Position numbers and translations under genes: made by a program. Below are positions 48,327 through 58,345 of a stretch of 64,000 nt of DNA, piece by piece. The DNA comes from Candidatus Rokubacteria bacterium 13_2_20CM_69_15_1 (GTDB taxonomy: Bacteria; Methylomirabilota; Methylomirabilia; Rokubacteriales; CSP1-6), in NCBI GenBank assembly GCA_001914535.1, contig MNCR01000141.1:10262-74261 (forward strand), written 5' to 3'. The notes under the pieces were generated by a model. It was not told the origin of the DNA and did no database searches. It saw only the letters and a list, made by a program, of their open reading frames with translations. The number at the start of each line of letters is the position of its first letter. Position 1 is the first letter of the stretch.

Positions 48327-49475
48327 ATGCGGTTCTGGCCGTTCCGCGATCGTCGGCCCGCCGGGCCGCCACCAGCCGAAGACCTGCTCGTGACGGAGGC
48401 GCTCCTGCGAGAGAACGTCGAGGACGTCCTCATCGTGCGCGAGCGCCAGATCCGGGGCGGCGTCGTCGCCTTCCGAGGCGACCTGCGCGTGTCGCCGTCG
48501 CGGGCGGTGGACGCGTTGCTCGAGCGCTTCCGCGCCTTCGGCTACACGCCCTTCATCCGCGCCGACGGTGACGGCGTCGTCGTCCAGGCGTGGCCGCTCG
48601 CCGAGGTCGTCGAGCGCCCGCGCGTGACCGTCAACGTGGTCCTGTTCCTGTTGACGTGCGCTTCCACTCTCGTCGCGGGCGCGAATTTCACGGGCTCGCC
48701 GACCTTCGACGCATTCCGCGCGGCGTCGGGGCCCGCGTGGTTCTTGTCCGGCGTCCCGTTCGCGTGCACCCTCCTCGCGATCCTCGGCGTGCACGAGTTC
48801 GGCCACTACTTCACGGCGCGCCACTACCGCGCGCAGGTGAGCCTGCCGTTCTTCATCCCGGCGCCGCCGCCGCTGTTCCTGTTCGGGACGATGGGCGCGA
48901 TCATCCGGATGCGGTCGCCCGCGCGCGACCGGAACTCACTCTTCGACATCGCCGCCGCAGGCCCGCTTGCCGGCCTCGCGGTCGCGCTGCCCGCGGTAGT
49001 CATCGGCCTCAGCTGGTCCACCGTGACGCCGACCCCGCCGGAGGGCTACCTCGCGTTCGGCGACTCGCTCCTCATCCGCTGGCTCGCGTATCTCCGGTTC
49101 GGGCCGATTCCCGGCGGCTCCATGATCTTCACGCATCCGATGGCCGACGCCGCGTGGGCGGGGTTCCTCGTGACCGCGCTCAACCTGTTCCCGGTGGGAC
49201 AGCTCGACGGCGGGCGGATCGCGTACGCGCTCTTCGGTCGTCGTCACCGCACGGTGGGGATCCTCACCGTCGCGGGTCTCGTGCTGATGGGCGTGCTCAC
49301 GTGGTCGCCGAACTGGTTCGTCTGGGCCGCGCTGGTCTTCTTCCTGATCGGGTTCCATCACAGCCCGCCCCTGGACGACGTGACCCCGCTCTCGCTGGGC
49401 CGGCGCGTCGTCGGCTTCGCGTGCTTTGTGCTGATGGTTCTGCTCGTGCCGCCCGTGCCGATCCAGACCGGCTAG
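48327..49475 (+). CDS. Site-2 protease family (M50) membrane metalloprotease
   Basis: HEFGHYFTARHY HExxH motif and a later NLFPVGQLDGG motif. Polytopic. Confidence 0.88.
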   Translation: MRFWPFRDRRPAGPPPAEDLLVTEALLRENVEDVLIVRERQIRGGVVAFRGDLRVSPSRAVDALLERFRAFGYTPFIRADGDGVVVQAWPLAEVVERPRVTVNVVLFLLTCASTLVAGANFTGSPTFDAFRAASGPAWFLSGVPFACTLLAILGVHEFGHYFTARHYRAQVSLPFFIPAPPPLFLFGTMGAIIRMRSPARDRNSLFDIAAAGPLAGLAVALPAVVIGLSWSTVTPTPPEGYLAFGDSLLIRWLAYLRFGPIPGGSMIFTHPMADAAWAGFLVTALNLFPVGQLDGGRIAYALFGRRHRTVGILTVAGLVLMGVLTWSPNWFVWAALVFFLIGFHHSPPLDDVTPLSLGRRVVGFACFVLMVLLVPPVPIQTG

Positions 49476-49556
49476 TTCACTCGGAGGGGGGCTTCGCCCC
49501 CCTTCCGAAGCCTCCCCCCAGGATCGATTGCGCCGGCAAAGCCGGCGCTCGAACAA
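49472..49556 (+). repeat. Repeat family B copy abutting the site-2 protease stop
   Basis: CTAGTTCACTCGGAGGGGGGCTTCGCCCCCCTTCCGAAGCCTCCCCCCAGGATCGATTGCGCCGGCAAAGCCGGCGCTCGAACA. Two GC hairpins (GGGGGGC/GCCCCCC and GCGCCGGC/GCCGGCGC). It contains the TAG stop at 49473-49475. Confidence 0.75.
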
Positions 49557-49575
49557 CGGTTCGTCCCACACGCTC

Positions 49576-50892
49576 TCAAAGACCCGCGGGAGGCTCGTTG
49601 CCCGCCTCGACGACCGCCCGCCTCACGTCCACCCGGAGGAGGATGGCGAGGCCGAGCAGAAAGAACGCCGACAGGGAAAGGATCGCGATCCGGTAGCTCC
49701 CCGTGAGTTGCAGCGCCAGACCGAAGAGAAGCGGCCCGAGCCAGCTCGTCCCCCGCTCGCTCACCTCGTACAGGCTGAAGTACTCCGCCTCCTGCCCCTT
49801 CGGGATCATGTGCGAGTAGAGCGCGCGGCTCAGCGCCTGGCTTCCGCCGAGCACGAGCGCGATCACCGCGCCGAGGACGAAAAACTGAGCGCCCGTCCGG
49901 AGCCAGCCGTACGCGTAGGTGACGGTGGCGGTCCAGATCACCAGGCTCACCACGACGGCCCGCTTGGTGCCGATCGCCGCCGCCACCCTCTCGAAGAGGA
50001 GCGAGCCGAGGAACGCGACGAACTGCACCATCAGGATGACGGCGGTGAGCGTGGAGATCGGCAGCCCGAGCTCCTCCTGGCCGAACTGGGAGGCCAGCGC
50101 GATGACCGTCTGGATTCCGTCGTTGTAGAACAGGTAGGCGCCGAGAAAGAGGACCGTCTGCGGATAGCGTCGCGCGTCGCCCAGGGTGCGGCGGAGCTGG
50201 CGGAAGCCGACCGTCAGATAGCTCTGGCCGGGGAGCGGCAGGCGCGCGGGCGCGCGGTTCCTGAGGGTGAGTAACGGGATCAGCGTGAAGACAGCCCACC
50301 ACGCCCCCGCCGACGCGAGATTCAGCCGCACGACGCCGCCGGTGGACAACCCGAGCGCCGCCGCGTGCGAGAACAGCGCGAGGTTCAGGGCGAGCAGAAG
50401 GCCGCCGCCCAGATAGCCCAGCGCCCAGCCGGTAGACGACACGGCATTGCGCCGGTCGGGCGGTGCGATCTCGGGTAGAAACGCGTTGTAGAAGACCACC
50501 GATGCCCCAAAGCTCACGTTGGCGATCAGGAAGAGGACGCCGCCCGGGAGATAGCGGGTCCCGTCGACGCTCCAGAGGCCGAGCGTGGCGCCGGCGCCCG
50601 CGTAGGCGAACAGCGCGAGCATTTCCTTTTTCCGGTGCGAGGAGTCGGCGACGGCGCCCAGGATGGGGAGCAGCGCGACCTGGACCAGCACCGACAGCGA
50701 CACCACGTAGGGGAAGAACGATCCGGCGTGGACTTTGATGCCGAGGGGGTAGACGAACCCGTCGGCGCCGGCGGCGGCCTTGGTCACGGTGGTCAGCCAG
50801 GGGCCGAGGAACACCGTCACCACCGTCGCGGGGAACGCGGAGTTCGCCCAATCGTAGAAGTACCAGCCGATCCGCTCTCGCCGGCTGTTCAC
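49576..50892 (-). CDS. MFS transporter (UMF1/Atg22-like type)
   Basis: RIGWYFYDWANSAFPATVVTVFLGPW N-terminus and 12 TM helices. Confidence 0.85.
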   Translation of the reverse strand: MNSRRERIGWYFYDWANSAFPATVVTVFLGPWLTTVTKAAAGADGFVYPLGIKVHAGSFFPYVVSLSVLVQVALLPILGAVADSSHRKKEMLALFAYAGAGATLGLWSVDGTRYLPGGVLFLIANVSFGASVVFYNAFLPEIAPPDRRNAVSSTGWALGYLGGGLLLALNLALFSHAAALGLSTGGVVRLNLASAGAWWAVFTLIPLLTLRNRAPARLPLPGQSYLTVGFRQLRRTLGDARRYPQTVLFLGAYLFYNDGIQTVIALASQFGQEELGLPISTLTAVILMVQFVAFLGSLLFERVAAAIGTKRAVVVSLVIWTATVTYAYGWLRTGAQFFVLGAVIALVLGGSQALSRALYSHMIPKGQEAEYFSLYEVSERGTSWLGPLLFGLALQLTGSYRIAILSLSAFFLLGLAILLRVDVRRAVVEAGNEPPAGL

Positions 50893-50957
50893 GGGTTGCG
50901 CGCGGCGCGCGCCCGGGAGGATGACACAGGCGGCTCGGCTGCGCTACTATCCGCGTC

Positions 50958-52331
50958 ATGCCGGGTCGTCTCGCGCGGAAGCAGCTCGAGCAGCTCGTCC
51001 GCCGCGACGAGATCGACACGGTGCTCGCCGTCTTTCCCGATACGTTCGGCCGCCTGATGGGCAAGCGCGTCGTCGGGAGCTACTTCCTCGACCACGTCGC
51101 CGACGAGGGCGCGCACGCCTGCATCTATCTCTTCACTGTCGACATGGAGATGGAGCCCCTGCCGGGCTTCAAGCTCACGTCCTGGGAGCGCGGCTACGGC
51201 GACATGAAGGTCGTCCCGGATCTCGGGACGCTCCGCCGCATCCCGTGGCTGCCCAAGACCGCGCTCGTCTTCTGCGACGTCTACACGGAAGCGGGCGAGC
51301 CGATCGAGGAGGCGCCACGCTGGGTGCTCAAGCGGCAGGTCGAGCGCGCCGCGGCCCAGGGATTCGTCGTCAAGACCGCGGCCGAGCTCGAGCTCTACTG
51401 CTTCCGGGAGTCCTTCGAGGAGGCGCGCGCGAAACGCTATCAACGCATGACGCCCGTCGCGAGCTATCTGGAAGACTATCATATTTTCCAGACGACGAAA
51501 GAGGAGCCGCTGATTCGCGCGATCCGAAACGGGATGGAGGGCGCCGACGTTCCGATCGAGACGTCGAAGGGCGAATGGGGCCGTGGTCAGGAGGAGATCA
51601 ACCTCCGGTATGCCGAGGCGCTCGAGATGGCCGATCGCGCCGCGCTCTACAAGCACGGAACGAAGGAGATCGCGCACCTCTCGGGCGCGGCGGTCACCTT
51701 CATGGCGAAATACGACGCGGGCGCCGCGGGCTCGTCGTTCCATCTCCACTCGTCGCTCTGGGACAAGACCGGCCGGAAGGCCCTCTTCGCCGCCGGCGCC
51801 GGTGGGTCGGCGCGCGGGGGCTCGCCGCTCTTCGGCCACTGGCTCGCGGGCCAGCTCGCCATGGCCCGCGAGCTCGCGTACTTCTACGCGCCGAGCGTGA
51901 ACTCCTACAAGCGCTATCAGTCGGGCTCCTTCGCGCCCACGCGCATCGTCGCGGGATGGGATAACCGCACGTGCGGCTTCCGGCTTTGCGGCGAGGGCCA
52001 AGGCTTTCGCGTCGAGAACCGGATCCCCGGTGCGGACGCGAACCCCTACCTCGCGTTCGCTGCCACGATCGCCGCGGGGCTCCACGGCATTACGAGCCGG
52101 CTCAAAGCGCCCAAGCTCTACGAGGGCAACGCGTACGAGGACGCGACGCTCCCCCAGGTGCCCAAGACGCTCCGCGAGGCGGTCGTCGAGCTCGAGCGCT
52201 CGAAGATCGCGCGCGCGGCCCTCGGCGAGCGAGTCGTCGAGCACTACCTGCACACCGCGCGGCTCGAGCAGCAGGCGTTCGACGCGGCGGTCACCGACTG
52301 GGAGCTTATGCGCAACTTCGAGCGGATCTGA
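50958..52331 (+). CDS. Glutamine synthetase family protein (gamma-glutamyl-amine ligase-like)
   Basis: 457 aa. Shows KGEWGRGQEEINLRY, HLHSSLW and NRIPGADANPYL. Confidence 0.88.
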   Translation: MPGRLARKQLEQLVRRDEIDTVLAVFPDTFGRLMGKRVVGSYFLDHVADEGAHACIYLFTVDMEMEPLPGFKLTSWERGYGDMKVVPDLGTLRRIPWLPKTALVFCDVYTEAGEPIEEAPRWVLKRQVERAAAQGFVVKTAAELELYCFRESFEEARAKRYQRMTPVASYLEDYHIFQTTKEEPLIRAIRNGMEGADVPIETSKGEWGRGQEEINLRYAEALEMADRAALYKHGTKEIAHLSGAAVTFMAKYDAGAAGSSFHLHSSLWDKTGRKALFAAGAGGSARGGSPLFGHWLAGQLAMARELAYFYAPSVNSYKRYQSGSFAPTRIVAGWDNRTCGFRLCGEGQGFRVENRIPGADANPYLAFAATIAAGLHGITSRLKAPKLYEGNAYEDATLPQVPKTLREAVVELERSKIARAALGERVVEHYLHTARLEQQAFDAAVTDWELMRNFERI

Positions 52332-52558
52332 CGACGGCGATGAGACCGGCCCATCTGCGTCGTTGGCTCGGTCGGGGCTCCCTGCGACGTATGCGGCATA
52401 CGCCTCGGTCGCCCCTCCCGTCGCCGCCTCGCATCTGGACCGGTCTTATCGCCGTCGTGATGCGCCGGCTGAGATCGCGGGTGGGAACAGTCGTGAGGCG
52501 GGATTGCGGCGGGGCACGGGCGTGGCGACAGCCCGGGTGCCCGTGCCCTGTTCAATAG

Positions 52559-53323
52559 ATGGCCGGACGGCTCGCGGGCAGGGTCGCGTTCATCACCGGA
52601 AGCGGCATGGGCATCGGGCGGGAGGCCGCGGTGCTCTTCGCCGAGGAGGGTGCGAGCGTCGTCGTCGCCGACATCGACGAGCAGGCCGCGAAGGAGACCG
52701 TCGCCCTCGTCGAGCGGCGCGGCGGGCGAGCCCTCGCCACGCGTGGAGACGTCGCGATCGAGAGGGACGTCCGTCGCATGGTCGAGGACGGCGCGCGCCA
52801 CTTCGGCCGGCTCGACGTCCTCTATAACAACGCCGGCGTGCTCTGGAAAGACCGCGATCGCTCGGTGCTGGAGACGGACGAGACGTCGTGGGACCGCGTG
52901 ATCGCCATCAACCTCAAGTCCGCCTTCTGGGTGACGAAGTACGGGATCCCGGAGCTCCGGCGCGCCGGCGGTGGCTCGGTGATCCTGATGGGCTCGGTCT
53001 CGGCGCTCGTCGGCTTCACACGCGCCCAGGACGCGTACACCGCCGCCAAGGGCGCGCTCATCGCGCTGACCAAGTCGCTGGCGATCCAGTTCGCAAAGGA
53101 CCGGATCCGGTGCAACATCATTCATCCGGGGATCGTGGACACGCCGCTCCAGGCTCCCTACCTCACCGAGGCGCTCCGCGCGGAGTTCGCGACGGGGATC
53201 CCCCTCGGTCGCATCGCGCAGCCGCGTGAGATCGCGTCGGTGGCGCTCTTCCTCGCGAGCGAGGACTCCTCGTTCATGACGGGCGCCGAGCTGATCGTCG
53301 ATGGCGGCTTCACGGCCGGATAA
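52559..53323 (+). CDS. SDR-family oxidoreductase
   Basis: ITGSGMGIGRE, NNAGV, YTAAKGA and the PGIVDTP motifs. Confidence 0.9.
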   Translation: MAGRLAGRVAFITGSGMGIGREAAVLFAEEGASVVVADIDEQAAKETVALVERRGGRALATRGDVAIERDVRRMVEDGARHFGRLDVLYNNAGVLWKDRDRSVLETDETSWDRVIAINLKSAFWVTKYGIPELRRAGGGSVILMGSVSALVGFTRAQDAYTAAKGALIALTKSLAIQFAKDRIRCNIIHPGIVDTPLQAPYLTEALRAEFATGIPLGRIAQPREIASVALFLASEDSSFMTGAELIVDGGFTAG

Positions 53324-55044
53324 TGGATCCAAGGAACGGCATGGACACGCCGTCCGGAGCTGCACGCTCCTCTCTCGGGCCACCTTCGGCTCTCCCGGCC
53401 TCGCGGATTCCGATACAGCAGACCTGGTTGACAACAGACGCGGCGAGCGCCGCCGCGATCCTGCTCCTGCTCCTCGCCTTCGTCGTCTGGCCCGTCCTCC
53501 GGGTGCTCGCGACGAGCCTCGCGGGGCCGGCGGGGCTCACCCTCGGCAACTACGCCGACTTCTTCAGCTCGTCGCGGCTCCTTCGCATCCTCGTCAACAG
53601 CCTCGTGGTGTCCGCGGTCTCGACGGCCATCACGGTGGCGGTCGCGCTGGTGCTGGCGTACTCGGTGACGCGCTCCGACATCCCGGGCAAGCGCTTCGTC
53701 TCGCTCATGAGCCTCCTGCCGCTGATCTCACCGCCGTTCCTCGTGTCGCTCGCGTTCATCCTTCTTCTGGGCCGGAACGGTGTGATCACGCAGGCGCTCC
53801 ACCTCGACTGGTCCATCTACGGCTTCACGGGCATCGTCGTCTCGCAGGTCTTCACGTTCCTGCCGCAGGGGTACATCCTCCTGGTGAACGTGCTCGGCGC
53901 CATCGACGTGTCACTCGAAGAGGCGGCGGAGAACCTGGGGGCCGGACCGCTCACGACACTCCGGCGCGTGACGCTGTCACTCGCGCGGCCGGGGCTCGCC
54001 TCGGCGGCCCTGATCGTTTTCATCCTGTGCATGACGGACTTCGGCAACCCGATCCTGATCGGCGGCCGCTACAATGTCCTCGCGACGGAGATCTACGCGC
54101 AGGTGATCGGGATGTCGAACTTCGCCGCGGGGAGCGCGATGTCGGCCGTGTTGATCGTCCCGTGCCTCGTGGCCTACCTGGTCAACGCGTGCTGGGTGGG
54201 GAGCCAGTCCTACGTCACGGTCTCCGCGGGGGCGCGGATGGCGACCCGGCCGATGCCCCCGGCTCTGCGCTGGACCCTGTTCGTCCTGTCCGGCGGGGTC
54301 GCACTCGGGGTCGCGCTCATCTACGCACTGATCCCGCTCGGCTCCGTCGTGCAACTCTGGGGCAGCGACTGGTCCCTCTCGCTCCGCCACTACGCCTTCG
54401 CGTCGAGCGCCGAGGGCGCATGGCCGATCGGCAACAGCGTGAAGTTGGCACTCCTCTCCGGCGTCATCGGCACGGTGGTGGCGCTCGTCACCGCGTACGT
54501 CGTGGAGCGCAAGCGTCCGCCGGGCCGTCGGGTCATCGAAGCGTTGAGCCTGCTGCCGGCGGCGCTGCCGGGGACGGTGATCGGCGTGGGCTACATCCTC
54601 GCGTTCAACGTGCCACCGCTCCTTCTGACCGGGACGATCTGGATCCTCGCCGCGAGCGTCGTGTTCTGGAAGTTCCCCGTCGCCGTCCTCGCCGGCATCA
54701 ACGCGCTCAAGCAGATCGACCCCGCCATCGAGGAGGCGGCGGTGAGCCTGGGCGCCGGCAGCGTCCGGACGTTCGCGCGCGTGGTGATACCGCTCCTCAC
54801 CGGAGCCGCGTTCTCGATCTTCGTCTACTTCTTCATCAACGGGATGGTCACCGTCAGCGCGGTGATCTTCCTCATCTACCCGGGGTTCAACCTCGGCTCC
54901 GTGGCGATCCTCAACCAGGTCGAGAATGGATACCTGGGGGCGGCGTGCGCGCTGGGCACGATCATCATCGTGATCGTCGTCGGCTCGGTGCTGCTCCTCC
55001 GCGCGCTGGTCGGTGGGGACCGCGTCGCCGTCCTGAAGCTCTAA
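53323..55044 (+). CDS. ABC transporter permease, duplicated two-module type (Fe3+/polyamine/2-AEP class)
   Basis: 573 aa, ~12 TM helices. Two EAA-like loops (LEEAAENLGAGPLTTLRRV and IEEAAVSLGAGSVRTFARV). Confidence 0.88.
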   Translation: MDPRNGMDTPSGAARSSLGPPSALPASRIPIQQTWLTTDAASAAAILLLLLAFVVWPVLRVLATSLAGPAGLTLGNYADFFSSSRLLRILVNSLVVSAVSTAITVAVALVLAYSVTRSDIPGKRFVSLMSLLPLISPPFLVSLAFILLLGRNGVITQALHLDWSIYGFTGIVVSQVFTFLPQGYILLVNVLGAIDVSLEEAAENLGAGPLTTLRRVTLSLARPGLASAALIVFILCMTDFGNPILIGGRYNVLATEIYAQVIGMSNFAAGSAMSAVLIVPCLVAYLVNACWVGSQSYVTVSAGARMATRPMPPALRWTLFVLSGGVALGVALIYALIPLGSVVQLWGSDWSLSLRHYAFASSAEGAWPIGNSVKLALLSGVIGTVVALVTAYVVERKRPPGRRVIEALSLLPAALPGTVIGVGYILAFNVPPLLLTGTIWILAASVVFWKFPVAVLAGINALKQIDPAIEEAAVSLGAGSVRTFARVVIPLLTGAAFSIFVYFFINGMVTVSAVIFLIYPGFNLGSVAILNQVENGYLGAACALGTIIIVIVVGSVLLLRALVGGDRVAVLKL

Positions 55045-55062
55045 GCACAAGGAGAACCGTCC

Positions 55063-56073
55063 ATGCGCTCTCTGCTTCGGCTCGTGCTGGTGCTCGCCCT
55101 GCTCGTGCCCGCGACGCCACGCCTGGCGCCGGCGGCCGAGGAGCGGCTCGTCATCTACACGGCCTACGAGGAGAACGAGCTGAAGACCTTCTGGGAGCAG
55201 TTCAAGAAGGACTTGCCCGACCTCGCCACGAAGGCCGCGTACATCCGGGGCTCGACGGGACCCACCATAGCCCGCGTCGAGGCGGAGAAGGCGAACCCGC
55301 AGGCGGACGTGATCTGGGGGGTCTTCAACGACTACCTGACGGGCGCGGCCACGAAGGGACTGCTCGAGGCGTACGAGGCGAAGGAGTCGCAGGCGATCCC
55401 GGCGCGCTTCAAGCACGGGGAGAACATGTGGCAGGGCGTGACGCTGCTGACGGTCGCGTTCGCCGCGAATCAGAAGAGGCTCGCCGAGCTCAAGCTCCCG
55501 CCGCCGCGCGCGTGGGCGGATCTTCTCGACGCGAAGTACAAGGGTCACGTCGTCATGTCCAACCCGTCCACGTCTGGGACGGCGTACCTCTTGCTGGCGA
55601 GCCACGCGGCCCGGCTCGGCGAGGACAAGATGTGGCAGTACTACGAGGCGCTCGACCGAAACCTGTCCCAGGTGACGAAGTCCGGTGGCGCGCCGGGCCG
55701 CATGGCGGCGTCGGGCGAGACATCGATCGGTGTCGCGCTCGCCTACGAGGTCGAGGTGGCCAAGAGCCAGGGGGCGCCGATCGACGTGATCTATCCGACC
55801 GACGGTGTGGCGTGGACGTTCGAGGGCAACGCGCTGGTGAAGGGGGCCAAGAATCCGCGGAACGCACGGCGCTTCCTCGACTGGGCGGTGTCCAAGTCGG
55901 CGATGACCGCGTACGCCACGTGGCGCGGTGCGGGGATCACCCGGCCGGACGTCTCGGTGGGGGGGCAGAAGATTTCCGAGATGCCCCTGATCAACATCGA
56001 CTTCGTCAAGGCGGGCGATCCGGCCTACAAGGAGCGGCTGGTGAAGCGCTGGCTCGAGAAGTTCTCCCGCTGA
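55063..56073 (+). CDS. ABC transporter periplasmic substrate-binding protein (family 1)
   Basis: Signal peptide. 336 aa, with features like the Fe3+/2-AEP/polyamine binding-protein class. Confidence 0.85.
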   Translation: MRSLLRLVLVLALLVPATPRLAPAAEERLVIYTAYEENELKTFWEQFKKDLPDLATKAAYIRGSTGPTIARVEAEKANPQADVIWGVFNDYLTGAATKGLLEAYEAKESQAIPARFKHGENMWQGVTLLTVAFAANQKRLAELKLPPPRAWADLLDAKYKGHVVMSNPSTSGTAYLLLASHAARLGEDKMWQYYEALDRNLSQVTKSGGAPGRMAASGETSIGVALAYEVEVAKSQGAPIDVIYPTDGVAWTFEGNALVKGAKNPRNARRFLDWAVSKSAMTAYATWRGAGITRPDVSVGGQKISEMPLINIDFVKAGDPAYKERLVKRWLEKFSR

Positions 56074-56074
56074 C

Positions 56075-57151
56075 GTGCGCATCAGTCTCGACCGCCTGAC
56101 GAAGCGCTTTGGCGCGTCCGTCGCCGTGGACGGGCTCTCTCTCGAGATCGGCGCGGGAGAGCTCGTCTCGCTCGTGGGCGGCTCGGGCTGCGGCAAGACG
56201 ACGACGCTCCGTGTGATCGCCGGATTCGAGCGGCCCGACGCGGGCGAGGTCCGCTTCGACGGCCGCGTGGTCAACGACGTGCCGCCTCGCCGGCGCTCCG
56301 TCGGCGTCGTCTTCCAGTCGTACGCGCTCTTCCCGACCATGACCGTCGCCGAGAACATCGCCTTCGGACCTCGCGTCGCCCGCTGGCCGGCGCCGAAGGT
56401 CCGCGCGCGCGTGGCCGAGATGGTCGCGCTGACCCACCTTCACGGACTGGAGGAACGGTACGCGAACCAGCTGTCGGGAGGGCAGCAGCAGCGAGTCGCG
56501 CTCGCGCGAGCGCTCGCGAAGAGCCCGGAGATCCTCCTGCTCGACGAGCCACTGTCGGCGCTCGACGCGAAGATCCGGCTCCGGCTTCGCGGCGAGATCC
56601 GCAAGATCCAGCAGGACCTCGGGATCACGACGGTCTACGTCACCCACGACCAGGAGGAGGCGCTCTCGATCGCCGACCGCATCGCGGTGATGCGGAAGGG
56701 GCGGATCGAGCAGGTCGGGCGCCCGGAGGAGATCTACGCGCGGCCCCGCACCGACTTCGTCGCAGACTTCATCGGCGTCTCGAACCTGCTCGCCTGCCGG
56801 GTCGTCTCGGCCCGCGACGGCGTCGTGGAGTGGGAGGGCGAGCGCTTGCGGATCGCCTTGAACGGCGGCCAGGACGGCGAGCGGGTCCTCCTGTCGCTCC
56901 GCCCCGAGAAGCTCGCCGTCGTCGCCGAGCGCGCGCCGGACGACGGGCGCAACCGCCTGCACGGCGTGCTCGAGGTCGTGACGTTCCTCGGGCCCTTCGT
57001 GCGGGTCGAGCTGACCGTCCACGGCCGGCCGCTGTGGGCCGACGTGCCCCACGCCACCGGAGCGATCCTCGAGCGCAAGAAGCCGGTCACGCTGGCGTTC
57101 GCGCCCGACGCGTGCGTCGTGATCGCGGCGACGGGCAGCGAAGCCGATTAG
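56075..57151 (+). CDS. ABC transporter ATP-binding protein (PotA/FbpC-like with C-terminal TOBE-like domain)
   Basis: GGSGCGKTT, LSGGQQQRVALARA and LLLDEP. Confidence 0.92.
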   Translation: MRISLDRLTKRFGASVAVDGLSLEIGAGELVSLVGGSGCGKTTTLRVIAGFERPDAGEVRFDGRVVNDVPPRRRSVGVVFQSYALFPTMTVAENIAFGPRVARWPAPKVRARVAEMVALTHLHGLEERYANQLSGGQQQRVALARALAKSPEILLLDEPLSALDAKIRLRLRGEIRKIQQDLGITTVYVTHDQEEALSIADRIAVMRKGRIEQVGRPEEIYARPRTDFVADFIGVSNLLACRVVSARDGVVEWEGERLRIALNGGQDGERVLLSLRPEKLAVVAERAPDDGRNRLHGVLEVVTFLGPFVRVELTVHGRPLWADVPHATGAILERKKPVTLAFAPDACVVIAATGSEAD

Positions 57152-57226
57152 GGGCGTGGGCGCCCAAGGTCGGCGGGGGAATCCTCGACGGCCGACGTAC
57201 TATGACATCCGCGAGGTGAAGGCCCG

Positions 57227-58345
57227 ATGAGATTCGAGACGCTCGCCGTTCACGCCGGGCACCGCGTGGATCCGTCCACCGGCGCCGTGACGCCCGCGAT
57301 CCATCCGTCCACCACGTTCGAGCGCGAGCCCGACGGCTCCTACCCGCGGGGCTTTCTCTACGCACGCAACGCGAACCCGAACCGGAACGCGCTCGAGGAG
57401 TGTCTCGCCGCGCTCGAGGGAGGCGAGGCGGCGGCCGCGTTCGCGTCGGCCTCGGCCGCGACGTCGGCGGTGTTCCTCGCGCTCGAGCCCGGCGATCACG
57501 TGGTCGCGCCGGTCGACGCCTATCACGGCACCTGCCGCCTGCTGCGCGACACCTTCAGCCGGTGGGGGCTCGAGGCGACCTTCGTCGACATGACCGACGT
57601 TGCCGCCGTGCGCCGGGCGGTCAAGCCGAGCACGAAGCTCGTCTGGGTGGAGACGCCGTCGAACCCGCTGTGGAAGGTCACCGACATCGCGGTGATCTGC
57701 GAGATCGCCCGCGCGGGAGGCGCGCGCTTCGTCTGCGACAACACGACGGCGACGCCCGCACTCCAGTCTCCGTTCCGCCTCGGCGCCGACCTGATCGTAC
57801 ACGCCACGACGAAGTTCCTCGGCGGCCATGGCGACGTCATCGGCGGGGCCGTGGTCACCCGAACGCGCGATCCCTTCTTCGAGAAGGTCCGCGCGATCCA
57901 GGCCGCGGGCGGCGCGGTGCCGTCGCCCTTCGACTGCTGGCTCGTGCTCCGGGGCGTTCGCACCCTGCCCTACCGGATGCGCGCCCACTCCGAGAACGCG
58001 CTTCGGGTCGCGGCCTTCCTGGCGCGCCACCCGGGCGTGGAGGCCGTCCACTACCCGGGGCTGCCGTCTCACCCGGGGCACGACATCGCTCGCCGCCAGA
58101 TGGCGCAATTCGGCGGCATGGCCTCGGTGCAGGTGAAGGGTGACCGCGACCGCGCCCTGGCCGTGGCCGCCAAGGTGCGCGTCTTCACGCGGGCCACGAG
58201 CTTTGGCGGGACGGAAAGTCTCCTCGAGCACCGCGCCTCGATCGAGGGGCCCGGGACGCGCACACCCGAGAACCTCCTGCGCTTGAGCATCGGACTCGAG
58301 AACACCGACGACCTGATCGAGGACCTCGATCAGGCGCTCGCGTGA
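57227..58345 (+). CDS. Trans-sulfuration PLP enzyme (cystathionine gamma-synthase/beta-lyase family)
   Basis: FETLAVHAG and the ATTKFLGGHGDV PLP-Lys region, 372 aa. Confidence 0.92.
   Translation: MRFETLAVHAGHRVDPSTGAVTPAIHPSTTFEREPDGSYPRGFLYARNANPNRNALEECLAALEGGEAAAAFASASAATSAVFLALEPGDHVVAPVDAYHGTCRLLRDTFSRWGLEATFVDMTDVAAVRRAVKPSTKLVWVETPSNPLWKVTDIAVICEIARAGGARFVCDNTTATPALQSPFRLGADLIVHATTKFLGGHGDVIGGAVVTRTRDPFFEKVRAIQAAGGAVPSPFDCWLVLRGVRTLPYRMRAHSENALRVAAFLARHPGVEAVHYPGLPSHPGHDIARRQMAQFGGMASVQVKGDRDRALAVAAKVRVFTRATSFGGTESLLEHRASIEGPGTRTPENLLRLSIGLENTDDLIEDLDQALA

Noticed and set aside
52512-52548. 10-bp GC hairpin (GGGCACGGGC ... GCCCGTGCCC) in the 227-nt gap before the SDR gene, as an attenuator or riboswitch.
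   Set aside because: It is an isolated hairpin without a U-tract or alternative pairing that I could see. It is most simply a transcript-end structure for the GS-like gene.
57152-57226. Possible SAM-type riboswitch upstream of the trans-sulfuration gene.
   Set aside because: The gap is only 75 nt, and I could not recognise any riboswitch consensus or convincing pseudoknot or hairpin by eye. A covariance-model scan would be needed.
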